A stretch of DNA of 64,000 bases from an uncultured Candidatus Saccharibacteria bacterium (GTDB taxonomy: Bacteria > Patescibacteriota > Minisyncoccia > UBA6257 > UBA9933). Both the position numbers and the translations under genes were made by a program. The stretch's first letter is position 1. The number at the start of each line of letters is the position of its first letter. The stretch is from NCBI GenBank assembly GCA_964642155.1, contig CAZXNT010000001.1, forward strand, positions 83 through 64,082, written 5' to 3'. The notes beneath the pieces were generated by a model. That model searched no databases, was not told where the DNA came from, and saw only the letters and a program-made list of their open reading frames with translations. Below, in pieces: positions 18,137 through 27,284 of the stretch.

Positions 18137-18698
18137 CGATATCCCAATTAATCGCCTTTATAAACGCCTCAATATAATCGACGCGTTTAATACCATAATC
18201 AAGCATATAAGCGTGTTCAAAAACATCCATTACCAATAACGGAACGCATCCGGAAAAATGTCCCGTGTCATGTTCGTTCACCCAAACATTAAATAATCTG
18301 TCTGCCACCTTATCATAATATAAAATTATCCAGCCGATTCCCCTCATCACCCCCATTGCCCTAAAATCTTTTTCCCAAAATTCATAAGAACTGAATTCTT
18401 TTATAATAGCTTTTAATAAATCTGATTGCTCGTTAATTTTTTGCGGCTCTTTTGTTAAATTGCCGAAATAAAATTCATGCAAACGCATCCCGTTGAATTC
18501 CCAACTCAAACGCCTGTTCAATTCCGCAAACTCCGGAGTTCCATATTTTTCTTCTTTTTCCATCGTAACCAATATCTCATCAAGCTTGTTAAAATTATTA
18601 ACATAACCCTGATAAAGGGTGAAGTGATTTTCCAATAATTTATCGCTAAATCCGGCCAAACCCAAAAGATGATTAAATTTTTTCGTTTCGTATTGCAT
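18111..18698 (-). CDS. sodA: Fe/Mn superoxide dismutase
   Basis: H..H in the N-terminal helices and a C-terminal DVFEHAYMLDY motif (DxWEHAYY-type). Confidence 0.8.
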   Translation of the reverse strand: MQYETKKFNHLLGLAGFSDKLLENHFTLYQGYVNNFNKLDEILVTMEKEEKYGTPEFAELNRRLSWEFNGMRLHEFYFGNLTKEPQKINEQSDLLKAIIKEFSSYEFWEKDFRAMGVMRGIGWIILYYDKVADRLFNVWVNEHDTGHFSGCVPLLVMDVFEHAYMLDYGIKRVDYIEAFIKAINWDIVVARLSNA

Positions 18699-18851
18699 AT
18701 GATGCTATTTTAGCATAAATATGGTGGCTTCCAAAAGGAATTTCCTGCGCCAATAAAACAACATCGGGGATTTTGAAGCCAAAAGTTCAATAGTTTTAAT
18801 CGGCGAAAGATTAATATTTTTAGTGTGGGAGAACATTGTAAAAAAATCCAG

Positions 18852-18922
18852 CGGGAGCTGAAGGAATCGGACCTCCGACCGCGGTTTTGGAGACCGCTGT
18901 TATGCCACTTAACTAAGCTCCC
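18852..18922 (-). tRNA. tRNA-Trp (anticodon CCA)
   Basis: Reverse complement GGGAGCTTAGTTAAGTGGCATAACAGCGGTCTCCAAAACCGCGGTCGGAGGTCCGATTCCTTCAGCTCCCG; anticodon loop CTCCAAA. Confidence 0.8.
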
Positions 18923-18936
18923 AAGAAACCGAAGAA

Positions 18937-19107
18937 TTACCTCTTTGCTTCTTTATGCGCTGTTGATTTGCGGCACCAAGAACAAAATTTTTTCAATTCA
19001 AGTTTTTTTTCAATCTTCTTTTTATTCTTGCGAGTATAATAATTCACCCGCTTGCAAGTCGCGCATTTTAACTTTATTAAATTTTCGCTGAATTTTGATT
19101 TCGCCAT
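18937..19107 (-). CDS. rpmG: 50S ribosomal protein L33; missed by the ORF track, which shows an antisense ORF here instead
   Basis: Minus-strand translation MAKSKFSENLIKLKCATCKRVNYYTRKNKKKIEKKLELKKFCSWCRKSTAHKEAKR is the L33 CxxC...CxxC zinc ribbon, followed by tRNA-Trp as in many bacteria. Confidence 0.8.
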   Translation of the reverse strand: MAKSKFSENLIKLKCATCKRVNYYTRKNKKKIEKKLELKKFCSWCRKSTAHKEAKR

Positions 19108-19124
19108 ATATTTATAAATTTCTG

Positions 19125-19196
19125 AGCCGATGGGGAGAATTGAACTCCCGACCTACTCCTTACCATGGAGTTGCTCTGCCGCTGAGCTACATCGGC
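19125..19196 (-). tRNA. tRNA-Thr (anticodon GGU)
   Basis: Reverse complement GCCGATGTAGCTCAGCGGCAGAGCAACTCCATGGTAAGGAGTAGGTCGGGAGTTCAATTCTCCCCATCGGCT; anticodon loop ATGGTAA. Confidence 0.8.
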
Positions 19197-19350
19197 AAAC
19201 ATATTAATCATTTTAAACAGACATCTTGCAGTAAGCATCGGGCTATCGCCCTCTGCCGCTGAGCTACATCGGCAAACATATTAATCATTTTAAACAGACA
19301 TCTTGCAGTAAGCATCGGGCTATCGCCCTCTGCCGCTGAGCTACATCGGC
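19176..19350. repeat. Tandem direct repeat, period 77 bp, ~2.3 copies. Each unit is the 5' 21 nt of tRNA-Thr(GGU) plus a 56-nt spacer
   Basis: CTGCCGCTGAGCTACATCGGC recurs at 19176, 19253 and 19330. The 56-nt spacer AAACATATTAATCATTTTAAACAGACATCTTGCAGTAAGCATCGGGCTATCGCCCT is repeated identically. Confidence 0.85.
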
Positions 19351-19381
19351 AATGAGCCTACTATTGGCGACAATATTTATT

Positions 19382-19723
19382 CTAATCTTTTTTGTCCAAA
19401 AGTCCAGAGTCTGATTCTTTTTTTTCCCATCTATCCTTATCCCTTCCATAACATTTATCCATAACCGACTTAAATCCTCTATCAATATTTAAATCTAAGG
19501 AATTAGCAAGGCATATTAAAGTAAAAATAATATCTGCCATTTCTTCTTCTATGTCTTTTAAGTCTTCCGTCGACTTCTTCTTTTTTGGTCCAAATCGATG
19601 ATTGATTTCGCGCGCCAATTCACCTGTTTCTTCGGTAAGACGCGCCAAAATCTCCAATGGCTTAAAATATCCAATTTTATATTGCTTTATCCAATCATCT
19701 ACTTGTTTTTGATAATCTTTCAT
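19382..19723 (-). CDS. MazG-like nucleotide pyrophosphohydrolase (small)
   Basis: ELAREINHRFGPKK...EEEMADIIFTLICLAN matches the MazG EExxE/D helix pattern. Confidence 0.65.
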   Translation of the reverse strand: MKDYQKQVDDWIKQYKIGYFKPLEILARLTEETGELAREINHRFGPKKKKSTEDLKDIEEEMADIIFTLICLANSLDLNIDRGFKSVMDKCYGRDKDRWEKKESDSGLLDKKD

Positions 19724-19736
19724 AAATTTATATTTG

Positions 19737-19808
19737 AGCCACCTCCGAGATTTGAACTCGGGACCTTCACTTTACAAAAGTGCTGCTCTGCCGCTGAGCT
19801 AAGGTGGC
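19737..19808 (-). tRNA. tRNA-Thr (anticodon UGU)
   Basis: Reverse complement GCCACCTTAGCTCAGCGGCAGAGCAGCACTTTTGTAAAGTGAAGGTCCCGAGTTCAAATCTCGGAGGTGGCT; anticodon loop TTTGTAA. Confidence 0.75.
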
Positions 19809-19809
19809 A

Positions 19810-20964
19810 TTACTTTATCAACGCTTCCAATTCTTCCAACATTTTTTTTCCGTCGCCTTTTTCAAAATGCTCCCTTACTGGTTTTAATAATTCAATTAAA
19901 TAATCCGCTACGAATTTTTTCAAATCCTCGGGGTGGAGCTCTTTATTTTTTCCGCCCGAGGTGGATCCGCCTTTGGCGGAAAATATCTTTTTCAATTCGT
20001 CAATGCCGCGAATTTCCAAATTGCCGCCGTGTTCTGGCTTGCGCTCTATTATGATTTTTTCTTCTCGCGAGAAAATCAGATATTTTGCCCAATCAATAAT
20101 CGGATTGAATTCAATTTCGCCTTCCGGACAAAACGCTTTTTTGATTTTTCTTCTGATTTCCTCTTCGCTGTCATGAATAAAAACCGCGCTGTCCGGCTTG
20201 GACTTGCTCATTTTCATTGACGTCTGCAATTCTCCTTTATTAGAGCTCTCTAGTATCGGCCAAACTGCCGGCTTGTTCAAACCCGCAAGCAAATGTGTAT
20301 GCACTGCCACCGGTTTTATCGGCTTATTGTTAATTTTCAATTGGGAAATTTTCAATTGCAAAGCCGTATCACGAGCAATCACATTGGCTTTCCGCTGGTC
20401 AGTTCCAGCATGAGAAAAATGAAAACCACCTGCAAATATATCCGCCACCTGCATTGCCGGATACATCAATTTGGCAAAATCAACCTCCTCGCCTTCTTTT
20501 TTTCCCAAAATCGTGATGCTTCTTTTCATCCGCGCCAATGTCGTATTTTTGGCCACATCAAGAACCGTCAGCCAATAATCGTCGTTTTTACAATAAAATT
20601 CTGACGCTAAAATAAAATTCAAATCTTTCGGATTGCCACCAAGACATTTATAGGCCACAATCAATCCTTCTTTAAAATAATTAACCGCGATTTTTTTAAT
20701 AGATTCCAAATCGCCGCCGAGCTTATCGTTTATCCAAGCGTGGTAATCAGCTAAAAAAATATGAATTTTTACTCCGGCATCGGCAAAATCCTTAACCTTT
20801 TGCATACAAACCAAACCGGTGCCTAAATGAATTTTTCCGGAAATTTCAAAACCAATGTAATGCTTTAACGGCTCTCCACTTTTCAATAAAAACTCCAAAT
20901 CATCCGGAGTGAGAATTTCTTCCGTTCGACGGGAAATAAGTTTAATTTTTTCTTGTAAATTCAT
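19810..20964 (-). CDS. tyrS: Tyrosine--tRNA ligase, archaeal/eukaryotic type, with C-terminal extension
   Basis: HIGH-like IHLGT, KMSKS, YPAMQVADI and EIRRKIKKAFCPEGEIEFNPI closely match the archaeal TyrRS pattern (e.g. M. jannaschii). Confidence 0.8.
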   Translation of the reverse strand: MNLQEKIKLISRRTEEILTPDDLEFLLKSGEPLKHYIGFEISGKIHLGTGLVCMQKVKDFADAGVKIHIFLADYHAWINDKLGGDLESIKKIAVNYFKEGLIVAYKCLGGNPKDLNFILASEFYCKNDDYWLTVLDVAKNTTLARMKRSITILGKKEGEEVDFAKLMYPAMQVADIFAGGFHFSHAGTDQRKANVIARDTALQLKISQLKINNKPIKPVAVHTHLLAGLNKPAVWPILESSNKGELQTSMKMSKSKPDSAVFIHDSEEEIRRKIKKAFCPEGEIEFNPIIDWAKYLIFSREEKIIIERKPEHGGNLEIRGIDELKKIFSAKGGSTSGGKNKELHPEDLKKFVADYLIELLKPVREHFEKGDGKKMLEELEALIK

Positions 20965-21029
20965 TTACCAATAAAAATAACATAGAAATTCCACTTTTAA
21001 AAGCGGAATTTTTATTATATCCAAAAGTG

Positions 21030-21111
21030 TCCAGGGAGCAGGATTCGAACCTGCGAAGGCTGTGCCAGGGGTTTTACAGACCCCCCCCGTTGACCGCTTG
21101 GGTATCCCTGG
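21030..21111 (-). tRNA. tRNA-Tyr (anticodon GUA), long variable arm
   Basis: Reverse complement CCAGGGATACCCAAGCGGTCAACGGGGGGGGTCTGTAAAACCCC...GCAGGTTCGAATCCTGCTCCCTGGA; anticodon loop CTGTAAA. It lies immediately upstream of tyrS. Confidence 0.75.
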
Positions 21112-21113
21112 TA

Positions 21114-21470
21114 TTATTCTTCCTTTTTATTTTCGTCGGTTTCCGTCAATGAAGCGAATAAATTTTGTTTTTCTTCTTTTGCACCGCCATTACCGCTCTT
21201 TTTGAGCTTCCGAAGATGGCTTGTCAATAGATTATCCCACTTCATCAACAATAATTTAATTTTTCTCAATGTTTTTTCAAGACTAACGGTGAAAAAAACG
21301 TCCATCCTATCAAACGGCACTTTAGCTATCAATTTATCCAATCTTTGATGAAAAGTTTCTTTTTTAAAAGATTCTTCAATATCGCCCACGCGTGGCGCCG
21401 CCCGAGCGATTAAATAAATTATCGCCCCCAAGCTGAGCATTATAAGAATTTGAAGAATAAAGTTGTACAT
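21114..21470 (-). CDS. Hypothetical small membrane protein
   Basis: N-terminal TM helix; no recognisable domain. Confidence 0.4.
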   Translation of the reverse strand: MYNFILQILIMLSLGAIIYLIARAAPRVGDIEESFKKETFHQRLDKLIAKVPFDRMDVFFTVSLEKTLRKIKLLLMKWDNLLTSHLRKLKKSGNGGAKEEKQNLFASLTETDENKKEE

Positions 21471-21475
21471 CTAAA

Positions 21476-21916
21476 TTAAAGTTCGTATCGGCAGAATTTT
21501 TCCACCTTTATATTTTCTCCAAGTTTCGCGATAACGCTTTTAACTAAATTTTCAATAACCAAAGCGTCGTCTTTGACATAATTTTGCTTCATTAAATCAT
21601 CAACATCCGCCGGACTCATCGCCACGATATGCATCGCCAAATCATGCGCCAATTCTTTAAACATCGGATTTCTGGCGACAAAATCGGTTTCGCAGCGCAA
21701 TTCCAATAAAACTCCCACCCTTTCATTATGAATGTAAGAATGGAGCAATCCGGCGCCAGTTGTCCTTTCTCCTTTTTTCTCGGCTCTAATCAAGCCACGC
21801 TTGTGGATTAAAGACACCGCCTTATCAAAATCACCGCCAGCGTCTTCCAAAGCTTTCTTGCATTCCATTACTCCGGCATTGGTAATTCCACGAAGTTTTT
21901 GAATTTGATTAATCAT
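21476..21916 (-). CDS. tsf: Elongation factor Ts (short form)
   Basis: N-terminal UBA-like ITNAGVMECKKALEDAGGDFDKAV; dimerisation core RCETDFVARN; 146 aa. Confidence 0.85.
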   Translation of the reverse strand: MINQIQKLRGITNAGVMECKKALEDAGGDFDKAVSLIHKRGLIRAEKKGERTTGAGLLHSYIHNERVGVLLELRCETDFVARNPMFKELAHDLAMHIVAMSPADVDDLMKQNYVKDDALVIENLVKSVIAKLGENIKVEKFCRYEL

Positions 21917-21934
21917 AATAAAACTTTCAAACTC

Positions 21935-22696
21935 TTAAACTTTTAAACTTTCCATTATTCTATTAATTATCCAATTAACACTCATTTTTGCGTGGTCATT
22001 CGCCGGAATCGGATAATTTATAAAATCCGGATTGTCATCGCTATCAATAATCGCCATAATCGGGATATTCATTTTTCTAGCTTCCCGCACGGCAGTCATA
22101 TGCCCCTTTAAAGACGTATCTATTATAAACAACGCCTCAACCGGCCTTGTCAGATTTTCCAATCCGCCGAACATTCTCTTCATTCGAAAAATGTCTTTAT
22201 TAATCATCACCCTTTCTTTTTTCGTATATTTGTCAAATTCTCCTTTTTCAATTCCAGCCTGAATCTTTTTGAAGTGCTCTATGCGCCCTGAAATCACCTT
22301 AAAGTTTGTTAATAAGCCGCCAACCCAATGATTTTTTACTCGCGGCAAATTAAATTTTTCCGCCATCATTTCCAAAGCCGACTGACTGGCTGGTTGCAAT
22401 CCGACCAACAACACCATTTTTCCGGATTTTATCTGATTTTTTAAAAACTCGGACGCAACATCAATCATCGGTAAAGTTTTTATTAAATCAATAATCTCCA
22501 TTCCGTTGCGAGTGGTAAAAATATATTTTTTGAATTTCGGATTTGTTTTTGTCTTTTTGTGGCCATAAACAACGCCTGCTTTTATCATTTCTTTAATAAT
22601 CTCCGCGTCAATTTCCTTTTCATTGTTTTCACTACTAATAGTGGTTATTTCCTCCGCTAATTCCATATTTGGTTGTAATTGCGCGCCATTTATCAT
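21935..22696 (-). CDS. rpsB: 30S ribosomal protein S2
   Basis: S2-fold motifs (GVVYGHKKTKTNPKF, MVLLVG, IIDTSLKGHM, IPIMAIIDSD); rpsB-tsf gene order. Confidence 0.9.
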   Translation of the reverse strand: MINGAQLQPNMELAEEITTISSENNEKEIDAEIIKEMIKAGVVYGHKKTKTNPKFKKYIFTTRNGMEIIDLIKTLPMIDVASEFLKNQIKSGKMVLLVGLQPASQSALEMMAEKFNLPRVKNHWVGGLLTNFKVISGRIEHFKKIQAGIEKGEFDKYTKKERVMINKDIFRMKRMFGGLENLTRPVEALFIIDTSLKGHMTAVREARKMNIPIMAIIDSDDNPDFINYPIPANDHAKMSVNWIINRIMESLKV

Positions 22697-22873
22697 AACT
22701 TAAACATCTTACTAAAAAAATAACGCTGTTGTCAATGTGGTGATAAAAAAAATTCGGCGTCCCCGCTATGCGGGGGGTCGGATAAAATTATCGTATCAAC
22801 CCCTTTTTTGCCCATAAACAAAAAAGGGGTAAAGCCATAGTCAGAATTCACTACTGGGTCAAGATTTATAAAA

Positions 22874-23245
22874 TTGCTTATTCGTGGTAAAATTTCGGTA
22901 ATGAACCAAGAAAAAGACTATCTTCAAATTTTGAAAGAACGCGCGAAAAAATCGCGCGTGTATAAAAGCTACCAGTTTATCGGACTTACAATTTCCCAGC
23001 TTCTAAACGACGAAAAGCACAAATCGCTCTATATTAAACTGGCGAAAAAACATCCCGGAGACCATCTTTGGGCAATCGCCAAAGACGTTTCCGAAAGAAA
23101 AAACATAGCAAATAAAGGAGGGTATTTTATGAAAGTTTTGGAAAAAACATACCCGTATTTATTTAAAAATTCCAAGCCACAAATCGTCCCGCCTTTGGAT
23201 AAGACCCCGTCAATGGCAATGGCAAATGATAAAAAAACTAAATAG
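22874..23245 (+). CDS. Hypothetical protein (island cargo)
   Basis: ORF only. Confidence 0.35.
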   Translation: MLIRGKISVMNQEKDYLQILKERAKKSRVYKSYQFIGLTISQLLNDEKHKSLYIKLAKKHPGDHLWAIAKDVSERKNIANKGGYFMKVLEKTYPYLFKNSKPQIVPPLDKTPSMAMANDKKTK

Positions 23246-23459
23246 AGCGTTTTTCCAATTCTTCGTCAATCATCCGTTTCCGCAAAATTTCACGCGCCAT
23301 TGTTCTTCGTTCGTCGCCCCCAGACACGCCTTCCTTTTCCAAATCATTAGCTATTTCCACAAGCGCATCCCCATCTATATCCTCATCCTTAATTTTCACG
23401 TCTATTTCTTTTCCAATAATTTCCGCCAACTCTTGTTTTGTTATTTTTTCTTTATTCAT
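23238..23459 (-). CDS. Hypothetical small acidic protein
   Basis: ORF only. Confidence 0.3.
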   Translation of the reverse strand: MNKEKITKQELAEIIGKEIDVKIKDEDIDGDALVEIANDLEKEGVSGGDERRTMAREILRKRMIDEELEKRSI

Positions 23460-23498
23460 ATTTAAATAATATTTAAAAAATAAAAGTTGTCAATTACA

Positions 23499-23735
23499 TT
23501 ATTCTGAATATTTTTGTATAACATCCTCAAGTATTTTTTTTGCTGCTGAATCTTGAATTTTATCCAAAGCTCTTTTTGCCTCTCTAATATAGAAACCTCT
23601 TAGATTATTTCCATGCGAGTCTTCGCAGGGATTATTGATATGTTCAATCAGAAATAAAACTGATTCCATGTCCGTTGCTTTTTCTTTTTTTTCAAAATTT
23701 TTCATAATTAAGGCAAATTTATTTTCAGAAATCAA
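23499..23735 (-). CDS. Hypothetical protein
   Basis: ORF only. Confidence 0.3.
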   Translation of the reverse strand: MISENKFALIMKNFEKKEKATDMESVLFLIEHINNPCEDSHGNNLRGFYIREAKRALDKIQDSAAKKILEDVIQKYSE

Positions 23736-24387
23736 ATTTTTCTTCTTTTTTCAATTTTTCTGTTTCTTCCAATCTTTTTTTATATGCTTTTTGAGCATCT
23801 AAAATTTTTTGCAATTTTGGTTTTCTGATATAATAATTTAAACGATCTTTTACACATTCTTTAAAACGCTTTTCTAGTTCTATTTTGTCCACTCTACTAA
23901 GAGGATATCCCGCCTTACTATCATTATTAACATCCTTTTTTGCCCCTTCTTCCGCCTGTTTTAATTCTTCTTCGCTATGGGATTCATACCAGTTTTTAAA
24001 TCCAAGATTAAAAAGATTCTCCTTAATTATTTCTTTTTGTTTATCTATATTATATTCTTTACTTTTAATTATTTTTTCATTTAAATCAACGATGTCGTTT
24101 ATTAGCATATCTACGCGAGATAGATTGCCGTCTTTATCAATATATTCTAAAACATACTTTAATTTTTTATCGTTTTCGCCAGTCTCGTTTTCTTTTAACC
24201 AACCACGAGTCTCTAAATAAATAAACGACCCCTTATTGTCTAATAAATCTTTTTTTGTATTTTCATCAATAGCTTCATTATTAGGCAAGGTAATATTTTT
24301 ATGTAATTCTATATAAGTGCCTAAATCTGCCACTTCCCTTGATTCAAGTTTCCCCAATGATTCCCTTTTCTCCATGTTATTTTCCAT
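23725..24387 (-). CDS. Hypothetical charged/coiled-coil protein
   Basis: ORF only; K/E-rich. Confidence 0.35.
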   Translation of the reverse strand: MENNMEKRESLGKLESREVADLGTYIELHKNITLPNNEAIDENTKKDLLDNKGSFIYLETRGWLKENETGENDKKLKYVLEYIDKDGNLSRVDMLINDIVDLNEKIIKSKEYNIDKQKEIIKENLFNLGFKNWYESHSEEELKQAEEGAKKDVNNDSKAGYPLSRVDKIELEKRFKECVKDRLNYYIRKPKLQKILDAQKAYKKRLEETEKLKKEEKFDF

Positions 24388-24544
24388 AATTTTTTATTAT
24401 TTTAATGCTTTAATCACAATATGTCAATAATCTGACCATTTTATTGGCTAGTTTTTCCAGATATACATTGTTAGGCGATGTAATAATAAATTCTTTTTTG
24501 CTGATTAAGCAAAAATAAATCAGGGCAAATTTATTTTTTATTTT

Positions 24545-25372
24545 TCAATTTTTTAATCTTTTAATTTCTCTAATTTTCAAAAAATTATTTTTTGAAACTA
24601 TTGGTCGACCGATTCTTCTTTCTATTTGCTTTCTGGCCGTGCCGGCGACTTCGCCGCCAAGACGGGCATCATCTTTGAGCCGCGGTATTCCTTTTGAATC
24701 TTTAGTGCGGTGGATTTCGGTTGTTGTTCTTTCGCCAAGCATAGTTAAAATCAATTCAAAGTCGTCCATATGGTCGCGCAAATTTTCTCGTTTCAGTCCT
24801 TTTAGTTTCTTGTATTCATTCGGTTTTATTCCGAAAGCCGCTTGGGAAATTTCGGCGGTCAATATTTCGTAATCTCTATCATTTTCCGCGCCCCGTTTTT
24901 TCCATTCATCAGTCAGTTCTTCACGAATGGCAATACCTCGCATTCGCTTTTCAATCCAATCCTCGGGATAACCTTTGAGTTTGTAGAGTAATTTTGTTCT
25001 TTTTGTTGCTAGTTCGGGATTTTCAATTTCTTGTATGCGTTCGTAACCGACTTTTGCCAACCAACGTTTCAACGGTTCGGCCTTAGGCGAGGGAATTGAT
25101 TGGATTATGCGAAACATCCCTTCGGTATTGGCGCAATCAGTTTCGTATTTTTTCCCGTCAGAAGCCTCTAATTTCAGTTGTAAACAAACTGTTAACAACT
25201 GAAATTCTCGACTTTTTAGCACTCCCCAATACTGTCTTGGCGCCGGACTATCGGTTAGCGCTTTAATCACATCCACAACCGAAAAATACCATTCTTTATT
25301 AAAAATAGTTCTTCGAATTTTTTTGCCTTTGAAAATGGCGATATGATTGGTTAGATTCTGTGTTTTTTCCAT
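24545..25372 (-). CDS. Bro-N domain protein (DinD / phage antirepressor-like). Likely start is the internal Met MEKTQ... just downstream of an extended -10 promoter
   Basis: KKIRRTIFNKEWYFSVVDVIKAL...NTEGMFRIIQSIPSPKAEPLKRWLAKVG matches the Bro-N/DinD pattern. On the minus strand, TGCTATAAT lies 6 nt upstream of the ATG at ~25372. Confidence 0.55.
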   Translation of the reverse strand: MEKTQNLTNHIAIFKGKKIRRTIFNKEWYFSVVDVIKALTDSPAPRQYWGVLKSREFQLLTVCLQLKLEASDGKKYETDCANTEGMFRIIQSIPSPKAEPLKRWLAKVGYERIQEIENPELATKRTKLLYKLKGYPEDWIEKRMRGIAIREELTDEWKKRGAENDRDYEILTAEISQAAFGIKPNEYKKLKGLKRENLRDHMDDFELILTMLGERTTTEIHRTKDSKGIPRLKDDARLGGEVAGTARKQIERRIGRPIVSKNNFLKIREIKRLKN

Positions 25373-25430
25373 AAACACATTATAGCAAGTTTTTAGACTT
25401 GCTGAAAATGAAAGTAAATCGGGGCAAATT

Positions 25431-26195
25431 TCATTTTTTATTCCTTTTTTTCGCCACGATAGTCTTATACATTCCAACTTCTTTAATAATTTCAATGTTA
25501 TATTCTGCGCCTATATTCTCGACAATCTCATTTATATCCAATCTCTCACGTTCGTCGTATTCATAATGATCCAACCATTCTTTTTCTGCGTCATGTAAAC
25601 CATGTTTTTCGCCATAAACTTTTTTGATCGCACTAACTTCGCTATCATATAGTTGTTTATGTTTTTCCGGGTCAGGATCGGCAATTTTTTCAGCACTAAT
25701 AAATAAATCCGGAGACAATCTTAACAGCTCCTTCCAGAAAAGTTTGCGAGCTTCTTTGGGAATATTATGGATTGTAGCTCCGGTTACGATAATTGGAAAC
25801 TCGCCTGTGTTAAATCCCATTTTTGTTGCATCCATTTCAATTAGTTGTATTGAGTCTCCAAGTTTTTCTCTTGCCGCTTTTAGCATTTCTGGATTCAAAT
25901 CAATCCCAACAATTTTTTTACATCCCGCATTTACAAAGAATGCGCTTGTTTCTCCGTCTCCGATACCGATATCAAGAATCGGCATACGTTTAAAATTTGG
26001 TTGCAGTTTTCTTGCACTATCAAAAACCGATTCTTCAAATTGTTTGTAATCTAAACCTTGCTCAGCAAATACTTCAGTAAAAAATTCTCCGTAATTATTG
26101 GATAATTTTTTAAATCTGTCCGCATCATTCGACGTTGTTTCTGGTATTTTTGGCAGTGATTCTTTGTCCATATTATCAATCAATAAAAAATACAA
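25431..26195 (-). CDS. Class I SAM-dependent methyltransferase
   Basis: Motif I ILDIGIGDGETSAFF and motif II/post-I KIVGIDLNPEML. Confidence 0.7.
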   Translation of the reverse strand: MYFLLIDNMDKESLPKIPETTSNDADRFKKLSNNYGEFFTEVFAEQGLDYKQFEESVFDSARKLQPNFKRMPILDIGIGDGETSAFFVNAGCKKIVGIDLNPEMLKAAREKLGDSIQLIEMDATKMGFNTGEFPIIVTGATIHNIPKEARKLFWKELLRLSPDLFISAEKIADPDPEKHKQLYDSEVSAIKKVYGEKHGLHDAEKEWLDHYEYDERERLDINEIVENIGAEYNIEIIKEVGMYKTIVAKKRNKK

Positions 26196-26325
26196 TTTGC
26201 CCGAATAATTTTTATTCAGCAGAGCAAAAGAATTTATTTATTTCACTTAACGTTTCGGCATATCGGAAGTTACGTAGCAATTTGGGTGTAGCGTAGCGAA
26301 ACCAGATATGCCGTGTTAGGCGATA

Positions 26326-26862
26326 CTATTTTTTAGATTTATTTATATCTCCTTGTATCTTATCAACTATATTTGCTAGTATAGCATCTGATGTTTTAAA
26401 GTTTTTGTCATAGGGATAATAAAAATCGCCCCATTTCGCATCAACAAATTCCATTCCATTAAATAATCTGGGCTTAGAATATCGAGGAATAATATGCAAA
26501 TGCACATGTTTAATGAAATTACCCAAAGAGCCGTAATTAAAAAGATCGGGTTTGAAAATTTCAACAAGGGAATCTCTTGTACTTTTACTGATATTAAAAA
26601 GCTCTTCGGCTTCATCCTTGGTAATGTCAAACAGGTCTTCCGTGTGTCTTTTTAATATAACCAAACAACGACCAAGATAGGCTTGGTTATTACAAAGCTC
26701 TGAAGTCCAGTAATCATACTCTTTTATTACTAGATTTTTATTATCCCTATGACAAAATTTACATGTCATATAAATAAATCTAAAAAATTTTTCACTTAAC
26801 TCGTTTAAAGACGACGTGTTTTCGGATAATGTGCGTAAACGCATTTTATCCGAAGTCATCAT
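26326..26862 (-). CDS. HIT-family (histidine triad) hydrolase with N-terminal Cys cluster
   Basis: HVHLHIIPR histidine triad; CKFCHRD upstream. Confidence 0.65.
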   Translation of the reverse strand: MMTSDKMRLRTLSENTSSLNELSEKFFRFIYMTCKFCHRDNKNLVIKEYDYWTSELCNNQAYLGRCLVILKRHTEDLFDITKDEAEELFNISKSTRDSLVEIFKPDLFNYGSLGNFIKHVHLHIIPRYSKPRLFNGMEFVDAKWGDFYYPYDKNFKTSDAILANIVDKIQGDINKSKK

Positions 26863-26943
26863 AAAATTTAATTAATGTTATCGACTGATTAAATAATATC
26901 ATTGGAAAATATTTAAAACAAGTCGAAAACGAATTAAAATTGA

Positions 26944-27284
26944 GAAATTATAGCCCAAAGACCATTTAATCTTAAATTCGCGAAAACCGCCAGCAAATTA
27001 CCTGTTGTCCTTTCAAGAAGCGAAATTCATCTTATAATAGGCGGAGTCGCGAACGCGAAGCACCGGCTTTTAATTTCTCTCGCTTACGTTTCCGGACTGC
27101 GGGTAAGCGAAACGATAAATCTAAAAATAAAAGATATTGACTTGGAGGAACTGGCGATTCATCTGAAAGGCGCAAAAGGGAATAAAGACAGAATTACGAT
27201 TTTCCCGGAAAAAATAAAAAAGCGAGAAATTGGACATCTTCTCGCTTTTGAGTTATGCAGTTTTAAAACTTTTTCATAGATTTC
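26944..27284 (+). pseudogene. Tyrosine recombinase (XerC/D-type integrase) remnant. Only the box I region of the catalytic domain is present, followed by a degenerate tail
   Basis: Frame 1 translation ...LPVVLSRSEIHLIIGGVANAKHRLLISLAYVSGLRVSETINLKIKDIDLEELAIHLKGAKGNKDRITIFPEKI... fits the integrase box I region (conserved Arg in GLRVSE). There is no N-terminal core-binding domain, and boxes II/III are missing. Confidence 0.6.

Noticed and set aside
18825-19091. 88-aa plus-strand ORF in the ORF track
   Set aside because: The minus strand here encodes a convincing ribosomal protein L33 (CxxC...CxxC) followed by tRNA-Trp, so the plus-strand ORF is antisense noise.
19176-19350. A CRISPR array
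   Set aside because: There are only about 2.3 identical units. The repeat is a tRNA 5' fragment, the spacers are identical rather than unique, and no cas genes are nearby.
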